DNA of 63,564 nt, filler included, from Choristocarpus tenellus KU-1152 (taxonomy: Eukaryota > Protista > Phaeophyceae), in assembly GCA_964200185.2 (NCBI GenBank). It is 11 parts of 11 records of this genome, joined end to end, with 100 filler letters (N's around TTAATTAATTAA, not from the genome) between each part and the next. Parts side by side here need not be neighbours in the genome. Positions count along the whole stretch, not along the records: positions 35,000 to 45,417 come from CAXNAD020002945.1; positions 45,518 to 48,941 come from CAXNAD020020127.1; positions 49,042 to 56,078 come from CAXNAD020006807.1; 8 more parts are not named here. One strand, written 5' to 3'. Shown here one piece after another: positions 37,350 to 51,234 of the stretch (its first letter is position 1; every line of letters begins with the position of its first letter). The translations under genes and the position numbers were made by a program. The notes beneath the pieces are model-generated. The model had not been told where the DNA came from. It worked only from the letters and a program-made list of their open reading frames with translations, and did not search any database.

Positions 37350-40300
37350 GCGATGTCTATATGGGAGGCTGCATTCAAAGATGTGAGGGATGCCTGGTCC
37401 ACCCCTGCAGTACCTTCAAGTGGTAATAATAATAATAATAATGGAAAGGAATCGCCTCCATCACTGGAGAGTGGTAAGCCAGAGGTCAGTGCTGACAAAG
37501 ATAAAGGGGCTGGGGCAGTGAATGAGGGTGGAGAGGACTGGTGGGACAATGTAAGTCTGCAGGCGCAAAGGGTAGCTCACATGACTGCTGCGACTGCCAT
37601 TGCCGGTGGGGCAGAGGAGGTGTGTGAAGTATCTTGTGTGAAGTATCTTGTGTGAAGTATCTTGTGTGAAGTATCTTGTGTGAAGTATCTTGTGTGTGAA
37701 GTATCTTGTGTGAAGTATCTTGTGTGAAGTATCTTGTGTGTGAAGTATCTTGTGTGAAGTATCTTGTGTGAAGTATCTTGTGTGAAGTATCTTGTGTGAA
37801 GTATCTTGTGTGAAGTATCTTGTGTGTGAAGTATCTTGTGTGAAGTATCTTGTGTGTGAAGTATCTTGTGTGTGAAGTGTGTGTGCTTATATATAAATGT
37901 AATTTAATATATATATATATATATATTTATTTATTTTTGAAAACATTTTTTTGTTTGTTTTGAACTTGGATAAGGTGTGGTATTACTATTATTTTATTTA
38001 TTTTTTTTTCTTTTAAAAAAATTAAAATATTTTTTGTTTAGTTTTTTTTTTCTTGTTTGATTCTAAAAATAATAAAATTGTAAGGGTTTGGAGTGCTTTG
38101 TTTATGTATTTATTGATGTTGTGTGGGGGTATGACAGGGTGACTACCACCATGCGCAGGCGTTGGTATGAGTTTATGTGCTTAACACTACTGGGCTTATC
38201 TTTGAGAATATCTGGTCAAGCTAATCTATGTGTGATGTCTATTGGAGTAGATTGTTATGATTAGGGGGAACTGAAACAGTCTGTGTGTGATGAATGAAGG
38301 TGTTGGTGATCTTTCTTTTGTGTAGAGATGATGGTCACTATTTTACAAGTGGCAGCTCTTGGTCATTCCATTTCTAGAAGATGTATTTTATTGTTATTAT
38401 TTTTTATTAACATTAGAATATTTATGTTTTTATTATATCTCCTAACATTATCTTGTCCAACGGGTTGCATACTTGCTGCAATAAAATAATATAATATCAA
38501 TAATATCATTTTATTATTATCAGTGGAAAAAAAAAACAATTGAAATAGTCACGATGTTAATGAAATTGTAGTACTAGTGATAAAAGGCATGTGAGGTGCT
38601 GTATAGTGTAGTGTGTAGTGTGTGTCTGTATCTATCTAAGAAGAGGGACATAGCAGTGAAGGGGATAGATAAGGACTCTGTGTGGGGAACCTGACAGACC
38701 TTGAACAGACGAGGTCGACTCTTGCTGTTGAATGAAAGAAATGGATACTTCATTTTTTTTTTTTTTTTCAATATTGAACCGAAAAAAGTTTTAATAATTA
38801 ATTTTATTGAAGTAGTTATACCTCTTCATGACACAGAGCATTCACTCCAGTCACCATCTCAGTGACCAGCATGTTTTAGTAAGGGGGAGGGATTAGTATG
38901 TGGACACACCAATTACAGTAGTTCTATTTTTGATAGTACTGATACATTGATAGTATTGATTGTACTGATATATTGATAGGATTGATTGTACTGATATATT
39001 GATAGAATTGATAGGATTGATTGTACTGATATATTGATAGAATTGATAGGATTGAATGTACTGATATATTGATAGAATTGATAGGATTGGATGCCCATAA
39101 TAGTAAACTTCTTGGTAAAATCGGATATGGTTGGTGATGAGGAGTATCAGTATGTCTATCATTGCTGTATGTGTCACCTTATCACCTTAAAACTACCTCA
39201 TTCAGTTCATTGGTATATAGATATATTTTATTTTATATCAGTGTTTTTTGTTCCCCCTCTCTCTCTCCTGTCTTTGACGGTAATGATAGTGTTGATAATG
39301 ATGTATTAATACTAATCATACTGATGGTAAAGATAGTATTGATAATAATCTATTAGTAGAAATCATGATGATGTTTACTACATTGATAATAATTGTGATA
39401 ATGATCTTTTGATAATAATATTGATAATAAACAACAAACAACAATTGTAGGAGGAGCTTGGGCGATTTGTTGAGGAAAAGCTTTTGATGCACAAGCATTC
39501 AACTAAGAGTATCAATCTCAATGGATCCATCCGCAGCATGGGTACTAGCCTCTTTGGTGGAGGCTCTACCATGGTCCTTCCATCCTCCAACAAGGCAGGG
39601 ACGATTTTCAAGGTGAGAGGACTGACTCTATTTTCACACTTGCATACCACCCACCAATGGTGGAAATAGCCTTATCTCTATGTGGTATGTAGTATGTGGT
39701 ATGTGCATCTTTTACCTATTTGAGGTATTGATATAATGTTCATTGGTTAAGAGGAGGGAACTAGGTCACAATGATCAATTTTTTTTTTAAGAAATTAATT
39801 TTTGTGTTGATGGCGTATGAGAGTGCCATATGTGGGTTAGGGTTAGGGGTTATGGTAGGTTGGGTTGTTTGGTAAGGTTATTATCTCTCAATATGAACTG
39901 TAGGGGGGGATTGAGTTTCTATAATACTAGATAGATATGTTGATGACAATGAAAGATCAAACGATATTCTCCACTCCATCACCTCTTTCTTTTGTTTTGC
40001 TCTGTGGTTAGGGTTAGGGTTAGTTTCATGAGGTACAGACCTATATGTACAGTGCATGTATTTTATAATAAAAAAAATAGTTTAGATGTGTGTTTTTATT
40101 TTTATTATTGTGTAGAGGGAGACAAACACAACTCAACAATATTATCATTAATAGTAAAAATAATAAATAATTTGTTATTCGGATTAGGAGGGGTTTGTTG
40201 TTTTTTATTATTATTAATGTAGTATGAGAGTTGGACTGTTTTTTATTTATTTATTTTTATTCCTTAAGGTTAGGGTTTTGTCTTCCTTTTTGTCTTCCTT

Positions 40301-43300
40301 GAAAAAGATCTTGTCATTTTGATATATATTTTTTTGTTTACTGTGTGGTGTTTGTTGGAGTATAATAAAGGGGAGACTTGTGAGGGATGAGAACAATGAT
40401 GATGGTTAGGGTTAGGGTTAGGAATCTAATAGTAAGAAAAGAATGGTGCTAGTGATGAAAAAAAATACCCATGATTAATAAAAAAGCATACATATATATA
40501 TATGTATGCTTTTTTTTGCTTTTTGAAGAGAAGGTGGAAAGTCTTCATGTGGGTTGTTGTAGGTTATGACTGTACTACTAGTAATACTACTATTTGATAT
40601 CAAGGTTAGGGTTAGGGATAGGGATAGTTGAAAAACAAACCAGACATTTATTTGTGTTGGTAGTATTGTTGGTTGTAATGGGAGGGTTGGTTTATTGTTA
40701 GGGATGGAAACAGTTGGAAGGACATCGCAATGATGTAACTGAAATTTTAGTTGTGAAATACTTTTTTCATTTTGCTAGAGTATGAATGGTGAAGTATGAA
40801 TTTGACTTCTTTCTGTTGATCGAAATTGATTCTTCTTTTTTCTCAAATGAAAAAAATGTAGGAAGGCATTATTAATAAAAACTGGAATTGAAAAAGAAAA
40901 AAATCACTGCCAACCTGTTCGTCCACAGATACATTCACAATAGACCCTTTTTTTTTTAAGGTTGGGTTTTGGGGAGGGGATTTCCAATGCGTGGACAGGT
41001 GTGGTATTGGTACAAAATCCTCAGGGTTAGGAAAGGGGTACATATATACCAGGGAGAGTTTGGGGGATGAGTCACTCAAGGGCAATATAGTAGATTGTAT
41101 GGTATGGCATGATATAGTAGATTGTATTGCATGGCAATATAGTAGATTGTATGGTATGTCATGATATAGTAGATTGTATTGCATGGCAATATAGTAGATT
41201 GTATGGTATGGCATGATATAGTAGATTGTATTGTAACCCTTACCCTAACCCTATGGCATGGGTTGTACCCCGTAACCTTAACTGTGTTGAAGACAAAAGA
41301 AGGTACGATTTTGTGTATTGCTCTATCTGATCTACTACACTGATTACAAGTTACCCCGTGTTGACCTGTTTTGGTGAACTTCAATATTAATATTATTATT
41401 ATTATTATTATTATTATCTTTTTCGTATAGTGTGGTATAGTATTATTAGTAGTATTATATTATAATTTTATTATCTTTTATAATATTTTTGTACCCTCAC
41501 TGTGTCATGATGTAAAATCAGAACTCTCTATATTATTATTTACTATTGCATGTGTTTATTTTTTATATATATTAAAAAAAAACTTCAAGGAGAGATACAA
41601 TCATGCTTGTTAAATAATTGCAATTTTAAAAAGCAAGATTGTGTCTTTTTGGTTTTTTCATGAAATTAACTTACATACAAAGCTTGACTGCCTTCCCCTT
41701 GTGAACACAAGTCTGTATATGAAATTCATCCATCCAGGCTTACTATCAATGAAAGTAAACCATACTATACTACCAATCAAAGTAAACCATACTATACCAC
41801 TAATCAAAGTAAACCATACTATACTACCAATCAAAGTAAACCATACTATACTATCAATGAAAGTAAACCATACTATACCACCAATCAAAGTAGACCATAC
41901 TATGCTATCAATGAAAGTAGACCATACTATACCACCAATGGAAGTAAACCATACTATACTATCAATGAAAGTAAACCATACTATACCACCAATCAAAGTA
42001 AACCATACTATACTATCAATGAAAGTAGACCATACTATACCACCAATGGAAGTAAACCATACTATACTATCAATGAAAGTAAACCATACTATACCACTAT
42101 ACTACCAATGGAAGTAAACCATACTATACTACCAATCAAAGTAGACCATACTATACTATCAATGAAAGTAAACCATACTATACTACCAATCAAAGTAAAC
42201 CATATTATGCACTGCATGCTACTTCAATTGATTGATAGATTGATACTATATTTATTTCGGATGTATTTATTTTTTAATTTACATCACGCAGTATCAGACA
42301 CCCACCCTAACCCTTCTCCCAACTACACTAACCCTAACCCTAACCATTATCAGGCACCCACCCTAACCCTTCTCCCAACAACACTACACTAACCCTAACC
42401 CTTCTCCCAACAACACTACACTAACCCTAACCCTAACCCTATTTTCTCCCCGTGTGAGTTTAATAGAATTCTGCCCTTCAGTGGGAGAACCGCGCCTCGG
42501 AGCTATCTCATGTGACTTCTTGTGGAAAGCCTATTCTATCTCCTGTCCAACCTGGAGAGAGGTGGTTCATCATCGATGCCAAGTGGATGGATCACTGGCT
42601 AGAGTTTTGTATGTCCAAGAGGCGTATGGCTCCTCCTGGTCCGGTGGACAACTCTTGGATGTTACACACGGACAAGAGGTACTACAGGGCTATCTACTCT
42701 TCTAAAACGTTTGGGAGGGTTTTGTATGTGTTCATGAAAGGCGTGTTGGGTAGGATTAAGAGCGAGGTAGGGTTAGGGCTTTGTAAATGGAGTTGAGAAA
42801 TGGGGATGGTAAACGTTAATTATTATCACTACTATTATTGAAGTGGATTGAATGTAAGTGTTTATTGTTTTTTGTTATTATTCTGGTGTGTGGAATTTTT
42901 TTTCGCCTCTGTATGGTGTATCATTTATCAAAGTATGTAACATGCGTCAACTGTTTGAATTGAGAACAATAATATTTTACATAGGTTGTGCTATATTTTT
43001 TTATTAACTCGTTAGTTTTGGGAATGTTGTATAATCACAAGAAGGGTTAGGGGTTAGTTAGATGTTAGATGTATCCTTTTGTCAGTGTCTTTGACTGGGG
43101 TGACTGGGGTGGTCTCTTAGCTGTATTGTGGAAATAGTTAATAACTCCAAGATGTCTCCTGTCTGAGAGAGACACTTGAGCACCTAAGTCAAGGTGTTGG
43201 TATTATTGTTATTATTATTATTGATGTGATTGATGAAGTGTTATGTAGGAGATAATGGACATTAGAGAGGAAAGGCTGCTGAATTTTACCAGAAAATATT

Positions 43301-45356
43301 TGAAGGATGATTATGATTATTATCATCACTTTAGTCTGAGGACATGGTGAGAGTTACTTCACAGTGATTATAATAGTTAGGGTTAGGGTTAATAGTATTG
43401 GTACCTATTAATAACTACTATTCATCCTAGTGTAACCCTAACCCTAGGCAGGTCTTGAAAAGGAAATAACACCAGAGCATTGTACACACAAGGTAGGTAG
43501 TTACTATATCAAATTTGGGGGTTTAGAATAGAATTGGCCTTCTCATTGGTCAATGATACTACTACCTGCATACATACTACATACATTAGTTATACTCCAA
43601 TCCTGATTTGGTATAGTTGCATTAAGAGTATATACATTATTCATTATATATTATATTTTGTTTTTTGTCAATAGCCAGTCTAACTAACTACTGTGCTAAG
43701 CAATGGGCATCATAGGGAAACTATCAACCATCTATGTAAAGAAATAATAATAATAACAATAATGATGTTTTTGAGGTGTCTACTACTTACAGAGTACCGA
43801 CTTGGTTTTATTTTATCATTGTATTATTATTATTATTTTTGTTGAGAGTTACGTATCTGATGGAGTTTTATTTCTTGTGCTGCTAGGTACACGCCTTACC
43901 AAGGTCTGACTCTGGCCATGGGGAGCAGGAGTGCAGGTGATTATCGACGTGTGGGACAGGAGGTGTGGGATCACTTCATGCGGATTTATGGAGGAGGACC
44001 GGCTATATTTGTGGATGGTCCACCGGTGGAGAATATAGAGCGGTCAGTTTGGTTAGGTTATTTATTAGTAGTAGTAGTAGTAATAGTAGTAGTAGTAATA
44101 TTATTTGCTTCAGTTTTAGTATTTTAGCAGATAGGAATTAGTGAAGCTATTTTGGAGTTTTTCTTTCTTTCTAATGATTAGAGCCAGTGTACAATGAATA
44201 TGAAAAAAAAAAGTGCATTTTAGTACGATAGAGGTGGGATTGAAAATGACCATTTAAAGAAAAGAGGGTTAAATTGATGAGGTAGTGTACAACTTTTTTT
44301 TTTTCAAGTTTTTTCTTTTCGTGAAAGATTTTTTTCTTTATTATCATTGTGTTAGCGCTCAAGGGTTAGGGTTAGGGTTATTCCTGATTTGGGTATCGGT
44401 AGATTCGGTTATATTGTTTATATTTTTGCATTCTTACATCATTACAAGGTGGGCTTGAATGTATTTTTTGGGAAGACTATTCAGTTCTGATAAGTGTACG
44501 GTTTTGTTGTTATTATTTTGAAGACACTACTGTATCAGTGGCAGCTAGATTATTTCAAGTCCTTGTTTGTACAGACAAATGGTGTTAGTGTTCTGTAGAG
44601 TTAGAGTTAGGGTTAGGGTTAATGGAGTTTGTTGCGTCCATGTACATGCTTTTCCTTGAATCTCCTTACATCCCATCTTGGTGCCAATGCAGAGAAAAAA
44701 TAAGTAAAAACTTACGTGTGTATACACTTAGGGTTAGGGGCTTGATGAGTCCTGGTATTATGTATTGTTATTATTTTGATTTTAGGGTTAGGGTTAGTGT
44801 GTGTGTGTGTGAGGTAATTACAAGCAGTATGTGGGTGTTATCTCTCACTATGCTCTATGTATATATGTATGCCATAGATGTTCCATTTTCTCAACGGTAC
44901 CTCTTCATACCTGATCAACCCTAATCATAACATGAACATTAAAAAAAAAAAATGACTTGTTTTAGAATTTTCATCCAATTGAAGTATATATATATATGCA
45001 TACATATTATGTGTTTTTTCATTCCACACTTACATACATACATACATACATACATTACATACAGATGGGTTGTGCAGTACGGACACCAGGTGTCTCAATC
45101 AGGTGTTGGAGGGGTGAAGGGGCGAAGATCTCGTCGACATATTCCCAATCCTGCAATCTCAGCAGACAAGCTTAGAGATGCAGTCTTCCGGTGGTCGGGC
45201 TATTGGGATGAGGAGGAAGATGGGGAGGAGGATCTTGATGAGAGTGAACTCAGTCTTGGTGTGTCTAAGTTGGCAACACTTCGGGAGGAAGAGGATGACA
45301 ATGCAATGTCTATGGAGGATGTGAAGGAGGAGATGAATGCTTCTTACAGGGGAGAC

Positions 45357-45417
<61 letters not shown>
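37350..45417 (+). CDS. DUSP-domain protein (ubiquitin-specific protease-associated domain); partial
   Basis: Exons 37350-37550 (or to 37619), 39451-39612, 42482-42678 (GERWFIIDAKWMDHWLEFC...PPGPVDNSWML), 43887-44042 (GDYRRVGQEVWDHFMRIYGGGPAI) and 45065 to the contig end (acidic tract). Phases are compatible and the classic DUSP motifs are present. Confidence 0.85.
37620..37884. repeat. 14/16-bp tandem repeat (GTGTGAAGTATCTT)n
   Basis: About 17 units starting at or just after the exon end. Confidence 0.95.
38928..39090. repeat. Degenerate minisatellite (ATTGATAG(A/G), TGTACTGATAT units)
   Basis: Read directly; intronic. Confidence 0.85.
41081..41232. repeat. Alternating two-unit minisatellite (core ATATAGTAGATTGTAT)
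   Basis: The core is followed alternately by GGTATGGCATG and TGCATGGCA. Confidence 0.9.
41741..42205. repeat. 27-bp intronic minisatellite x~17 (AAGTAAACCATACTATACTACCAATCA variants)
   Basis: Read directly. The unit is a multiple of 3, which produces spurious repeat ORFs on both strands. Confidence 0.95.
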
Positions 45418-46559
45418 NNNNNNNNNNNNNNNNNNNNNNNNNNNNNNNNNNNNNNNNNNNNTTAATTAATTAANNNNNNNNNNNNNNNNNNNNNNNNNNN
45501 NNNNNNNNNNNNNNNNNCCCCCCCTCAAGATACTTTGACCCTCCGGTCAGTTGCAGGTGGTTTGTAGGTACTGTGGTTCAATGCAGCTTGCTGGGTTGTC
45601 GTTGATAGGTAAGAGGGCAATAGGGAGTCGAGGTGGAGATACGGTTAGGATGTTGGGCTTAGAAATATATTCCGGTGGTTGATGAAATAGAGGTGAAGGG
45701 TGGTCTTGGTGCCCCTTCTGTTACTCATGAGGCGTGCGACATCTTTTCTGAAAGAACCATGCAGGTGGGCTAGAAGGAAGGAGTGAAAACGCCATTAAAA
45801 ATTTTTCTTGTGATTCTTTTGTGCTTATTGGCAGGATGAAGAAGATAATTTAGTTCATTAGCTGCTTTGTGCACGAGCACCGAGCGAGAGGGTATGTGTT
45901 GTCTTTCGAAGATGAGGCTGTGGAAATTCCGTGGAGTTTGCAAAAATGTACTGAGACAGTAAGGAGATTGATTTCATTGGAATGGTGGGCGGTGGTATCG
46001 CATGGGAGGGCACTTTCCCGAGGTAAAACTGAAGAGACAGTCACTCCTTGGCACAATCTTTTCTACCTTTGGTGGTATAATGGTTACATTTGAGGAGTGT
46101 TACTGCACAGAAAAAAAATGTCTGTACACGTTCAGCGGCAATTGCATGCATGCACATTAAAGTCGATTTTTCGTCTTATCACCTCTGTTACAGAGACGAC
46201 CATGCCCGGTTTTGGACGGTGTATGTTGTCTTTGTTGTTGTGCTGATATTTTCGTGCTGTAGATAGTGTCTTTCCTTCGTAATATACTTCTCTGTACACA
46301 TGTGTATGTGTGTTATGGTTTGTACTATCTTTCTGCATGCATCCATGTTGTTGCTGTGCTTTGTTGTGCTCGTGTGTGTGTTAGGTTTGTGTCATACAAT
46401 TTTCTTTTTTTTCTTCAGTATTTTTTTTTCTTGCCTGCACCTCACTCCTCTTGTTGAGGATGCAACACTTGGAAATATCGCTTAAAATATAATTTCAGAG
46501 CTAAATATATGGAAATGTTGATATTTTCTGATGAGAATCCTGATCCGCTCTGTAGTTTT

Positions 46560-48800
46560 TTTTCTCTTACATTAATACCGTTACTGTGAAGCATTGTAAT
46601 GCTATTGTTTTTGTAGACTACACTGAGCGGTATGCAATTCATTGACACTTGTTGTAGATCCCCGAGTTGGTTTGCATGTGGTGGATGATGCGAAGGCTTT
46701 CGTGTGGGTGAGGTGAAGAACAAGGCAGGCAAGGTAATGGACATATGTTAGCGACAAGAAAACACCACGTCATATTTTGCATTACTTTCTTGTTAGGCAC
46801 TGAAGGTGGAGTAGATAGTAGACATCCTCCCCCAGATGGAACACCATTAACTTGTACAATGGTGGCCTCGTTTCAACTCCTGCAAGCAAAAACTCTGCAC
46901 AAGCATTATACTGCTCATAAGAAATATTTCTATCCACACAAATTTGATAAACATGACACACCAATTTACTCTGTGTGCACATACGTCATCAACCCTAACC
47001 CAAAATGCGGATTTATGGCAGAGCCCTGGCCTGTGATGCCTGCAACCCGTGCCCAGTACATCCAGAGCGAGTGCATGTGATCGAATGCACTCTGCTGGTG
47101 GAGGTACAGAGTAGGACTGCGATTCCTAGTATTCTTAGGGTGGATTTCTTCAACCAACCAAAGGGGGATCACTGGCAACCTCAACAGAGGTAATGTGATA
47201 CACCATCAATCAGCAAGACATGTTCCGCATTCCTACCCTCAGGGTGCCCATCATTGTGTTCTCTGTGGAAGCCTAATTCATCTATCCAGCCCGTGCTTTT
47301 GAAGTACAGGTCTACTTTCCTTTGATTACCACCTCTTCCTTGAAGGCGAAGGGTTGACTTGGCTTCAACGCCAAACCTATCATTTTAATTCACATCACCT
47401 TCACGTTAGTCTGAGGGATCCCAAACCCGTGGCCGGAAGGTAGTTGGGGGAAGACCAATAATTCTCTACCCTAAGATAACATTACTTCGAAGTACATGTA
47501 TACATATACTCTCCTCTTCTGGCGAGATTTTACAAAGCACTCACATAATATGCTTCCTGTATTTCGGCCGCTGCTCAGTGCGTAGGAGCTAAGAAGGAAA
47601 GACAGCCAAAGAGAAGTTCTGAAGCGGCATGAACCCGATTTTCATGATTAGAATCTTTTCAAACGACAAAATGTGACTTAGTTGACGGGCTTCCTTAGGC
47701 CCATATTGAATCTTTGACAATTTTGGGGTTGAACCTGCTGCTTGTAAGGCTTTGAACTGCTGCTATAGTAAATGCGAATGTCCTTCCCGTATGGGTGAAT
47801 AAGTAATCAAACCATCCATGTAGACGAAGCAAACGATTAAGTGGGGCAAAGTTGGTAAAGGCTAATGTCATGATTCTTTGGAATTGCCATGGAACATTTG
47901 ATATCCCAAATGACATCCTCTTGAAAACATAGTTGCTTCTGCAAGTGGAAAGAGTAGTCTTATGCATATCAACTTCAGCAAACTGGAATAGGCACTCTGA
48001 ATATCACATAGGGTGATCAATCCGGCACCACCCACGATATCAATTCATAATGCCATATCAGTCGTAGGTCAAGTCTGTCAAACAAGATGTTTATTAACAG
48101 TCGACGAACTATAGTCTAAAGAGAAACGTGGAGAGCCTTCAAATTTTGCTACGAAGAAAACAGGACTACCCCAAGGGCTGGCATATTTTTGACGATGCCT
48201 TGCTCTTCCATAGTATCAACACATGAGTCAGTCACTTCATGAGTACGGGGATTGCTCTGTACGGGTTCCTATCAACAGGTTTCTTACCAGGCTCTATCGG
48301 AATCTCTGCTGCAGCTAGAGTACATCCACGTAGTTCCACTGCATTTAGTGAAAATATCGATCTGCAATGAGCACATAGGTCTAATAGTTGAGATACTTGT
48401 GATTGATTGAACGTGTGGTATCTTTGAAAGGTTTTGTCTTATTTAAAGCTTGATGCAACTCCTCTCTACCTTCATTGACTGACGCAGAAGTAGTTTTCGG
48501 AGCACTAATGGAGTACGGTGCCTTAATCAGAAATTGTGGTCAAGTCGTCAATCACAATGTGTTTCTTGATACCAACCCTACGTGCGATCAGGTTTTCCAA
48601 ACGAACCAATACTGAGTTAGTGTTTGCCGGCCAAGAGAGTACAGGCAAAGACAGTATGATTCCATGAATGCTTGGGTTCGTTGTGCCAGTTTACCTTAGG
48701 CATGGAGCGTAAAATTGGCTCCATTTTAATGGTGGTATCAAGGGACGGGTTGTCAGCATTTGCGTAACGGATGATGAATTTTATGATGTGGTATATTGTA
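46560..48800 (-). mobile_element. Decayed Ty3/Gypsy LTR retrotransposon pol (RT core recognisable)
   Basis: The minus strand reads SPWGSPVFFVAKFEGSPRFSLDY (about 48180-48110), CDIQSAY, HKTT...YVFKRMSFGISNVPWQFQRIM, and YMDG (mutated YMDD, about 47822). Many stops and frameshifts; boundaries are approximate. Confidence 0.85.
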
Positions 48801-49780
48801 CTGTTTATGTAAACGGACGGTTATGTGGTCAAAATCTTGTTGCGCACTCATTACAGAGTACGAAAGAGTATCAATTGTGACCCTCACTTGTTGCGCGAGG
48901 TCCCTGACTCAAAGTATCTGGGGGGGGGGAGGGTCTGCACTNNNNNNNNNNNNNNNNNNNNNNNNNNNNNNNNNNNNNNNNNNNNTTAATTAATTAANNN
49001 NNNNNNNNNNNNNNNNNNNNNNNNNNNNNNNNNNNNNNNNNTCCCAGTCAATCTTGGGTCAAGTCCATCCTCAATGAAAAGCTCCATCCTCAATTTTTGA
49101 AATCGGCTGTTTTAACAGCGCTTTCAAACTTGAATAATACTTCTCTAATGAAAGACATGAAGTTATACTTTCCCTTTATAATATCATATGTTGCAAGAAA
49201 ACATGCTTGTTTCATTAAAGGGAAGTCGTGGATGGTGTTCTATTTCAGGACTTGAGAGTGAATGATTGGGAGCTGTATAGCCTATCTATCTTTAGCTAGC
49301 TTACTTTGAGTGCCTATAGATCTTAAGACAGAGTGTGGCACGTTTTAACTCATATTGACCACTCCCATTACACCTCATATTGTATTTACCTCAAGGTTCT
49401 GCCAAATTTACTGACGAGCTTTCACAAGTAATGGCACATGGCAACAGCCCTCTGCTTTTTGTAAAACAGTGCTATTTTCATATTGAAACCCATGAACCAA
49501 TGAGTACATGTCTACGACCCTTCAAAATAATGTCAAGTGGATAACGGGGGGGGTCAAGAAAGAAACACAGGGGAAGACACAGGCGCAAGAAGACAAGGGT
49601 TGAACAGGTCACGATGCTGCAGAGGTTTGGAAATGGATCTACAAGTTGTATGTTATAGGGGCTTTGTTTGATGCTGTGGCAACAAAAATAAAAGCAGTTA
49701 AGTCAAAGGATTATTTTTATTCTTACCTGACAGTCACGTTGCTCATCTAGTTGTGTCAGTAAGGTGTGGACTTGACATGA

Positions 49781-50039
49781 GAGCCAAAGCACCTTAGAGG
49801 GTACAGCCGCGTCCATTTGGGGCAAAAATTCAATTTTGCCTTTTTGATGTAATTTTGGCTATCGTCTTTGTTCGGAAGTAGCAATATCTTTGTTCCGGGC
49901 ACACCATTTCAGAACGTGTACATTTTATCTACTCTGAAACAATTTGGAGTAGGAACATGTCATTAAAAAATCCCATCGGAAGCCAAGCCCCAAATGGACA
50001 AACAAGGCAAAACTCGTACCCTCTAAGATACTTTCACTC
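49781..50039. mobile_element. MITE family B copy 2 (259 bp)
   Basis: GAGCCAAAGCACCTTAGAGGGTAC ... GTACCCTCTAAGATACTTTCACTC, flanked by ATGA on both sides (49777-49780, 50040-50043). Confidence 0.9.
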
Positions 50040-51150
50040 ATGAGCAAAACCGTAGTACCACGGCAATCAATGTAGTTCAAAAAGTGTATCAACTTCAATA
50101 TATAGGTTGGTATCGCTGACTTAGTACTATCTGCGACTATCACCTCTCTATCCCCCTGATTGCAATATAAACTTGTGAAAGAGAGCCTAGAGTGTGGATT
50201 AGCTTTTAGTTCAGTAATCGCAACAAAGACGAAAGGAAACTTGTATAATCCGGAGTAGACAGTATAATCTACTGTTTCCTGTTAATGATATAATACACAC
50301 AACCTATAATAATAGTTGAATTACCTACTTTTTAGTCCAAAATAAATGGGAGAACGTAGTATAGATTTGTTGCACATGTCACGAAAAAAGCATATTCTGC
50401 TGCACCTCTTGACTAACCATCATAAATGAATACATCTCATGTGTGAATATCAACATGATTTAATACATAATACTGCCGTAGGCAAAGGAGGAAAATAGAA
50501 ATAAATAGGAGGAGTAATAACATAATAATAAGAAGGAACTTAGTGTATCTAAGAGACCTAAAGACCAACAAAACCCACGAAACAAAATAATACCAGGTCC
50601 ATTCAATCCAAAAGTAACACTCATCACAAGCCGAAGAAAGGAAACAAAATTCGCATGTGCGTTATAATTTATATTTTGATACTTCGATTTCTCTTGAAAT
50701 GTGAAAAGGCAGGTTTCTCTGTTATCATATCGTTATTGCCATGTATATGCCATATATATGTCATATAACATTATTCCGATTGAGGTTCTTTTCTGAGAAC
50801 TTTGGTTCAACTGTGCGGAGGAACTTCGGAGGGATAGGTTTCAGTCTCTTCCCGTAACGTTTCTTCGTGAGGACGTTTTTTCCGAAGATGGGTTTCCCAT
50901 CTCTGAAACGCTTATCTTAAACCCATCCGAATTTTGATGCTCCCTACTTCCTCAGTTCCCCACATTTTCTTGCAAGTTCCTTAACTCTTCCGCTTATGAA
51001 ACCATAACCTCGTCTTCTCGGTTACGGGTCATCTTGGTCCGTCTGATCCGTCTGGTTCGTCGTCCTTCCCAGTGATTGATTCTCTTTGCCAGTAAAACAG
51101 AAACATACGCATACGATTGATAGGAATAGAAACAGGAAGATATATGTTCT

Positions 51151-51156
51151 AAAAAA
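51151..51156 (-). terminator. Pol III oligo-T terminator of tRNA-Lys
   Basis: T6 run 5 nt downstream of the discriminator base on the minus strand. Confidence 0.85.
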
Positions 51157-51161
51157 GTATA

Positions 51162-51234
51162 CACCGAAGGTGGGGCTCGAACCCACGACCATACGATTAA
51201 GAGTCGTACGCTCTACCGACTGAGCTACCCCGGC
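51162..51234 (-). tRNA. trnK-CUU: tRNA-Lys(CUU)
   Basis: GCCGGGGTAGCTCAGTCGGTAGAGCGTACGACTCTTAATCGTATGGTCGTGGGTTCGAGCCCCACCTTCGGTG: 73 nt, full cloverleaf, anticodon loop CTCTTAA, intact A and B boxes. Confidence 0.97.

Noticed and set aside
41641-42392. ORFs with KVNHTILPI / IVWFTLIGS repeats
   Set aside because: By-products of a 27-bp minisatellite inside an intron of the DUSP gene.
45359-45417. Poly-glycine tract at the end of the DUSP gene
   Set aside because: A pure G-run at a contig end, most likely a sequencing or assembly artefact, as at 14503-14530 and 59555-59593.
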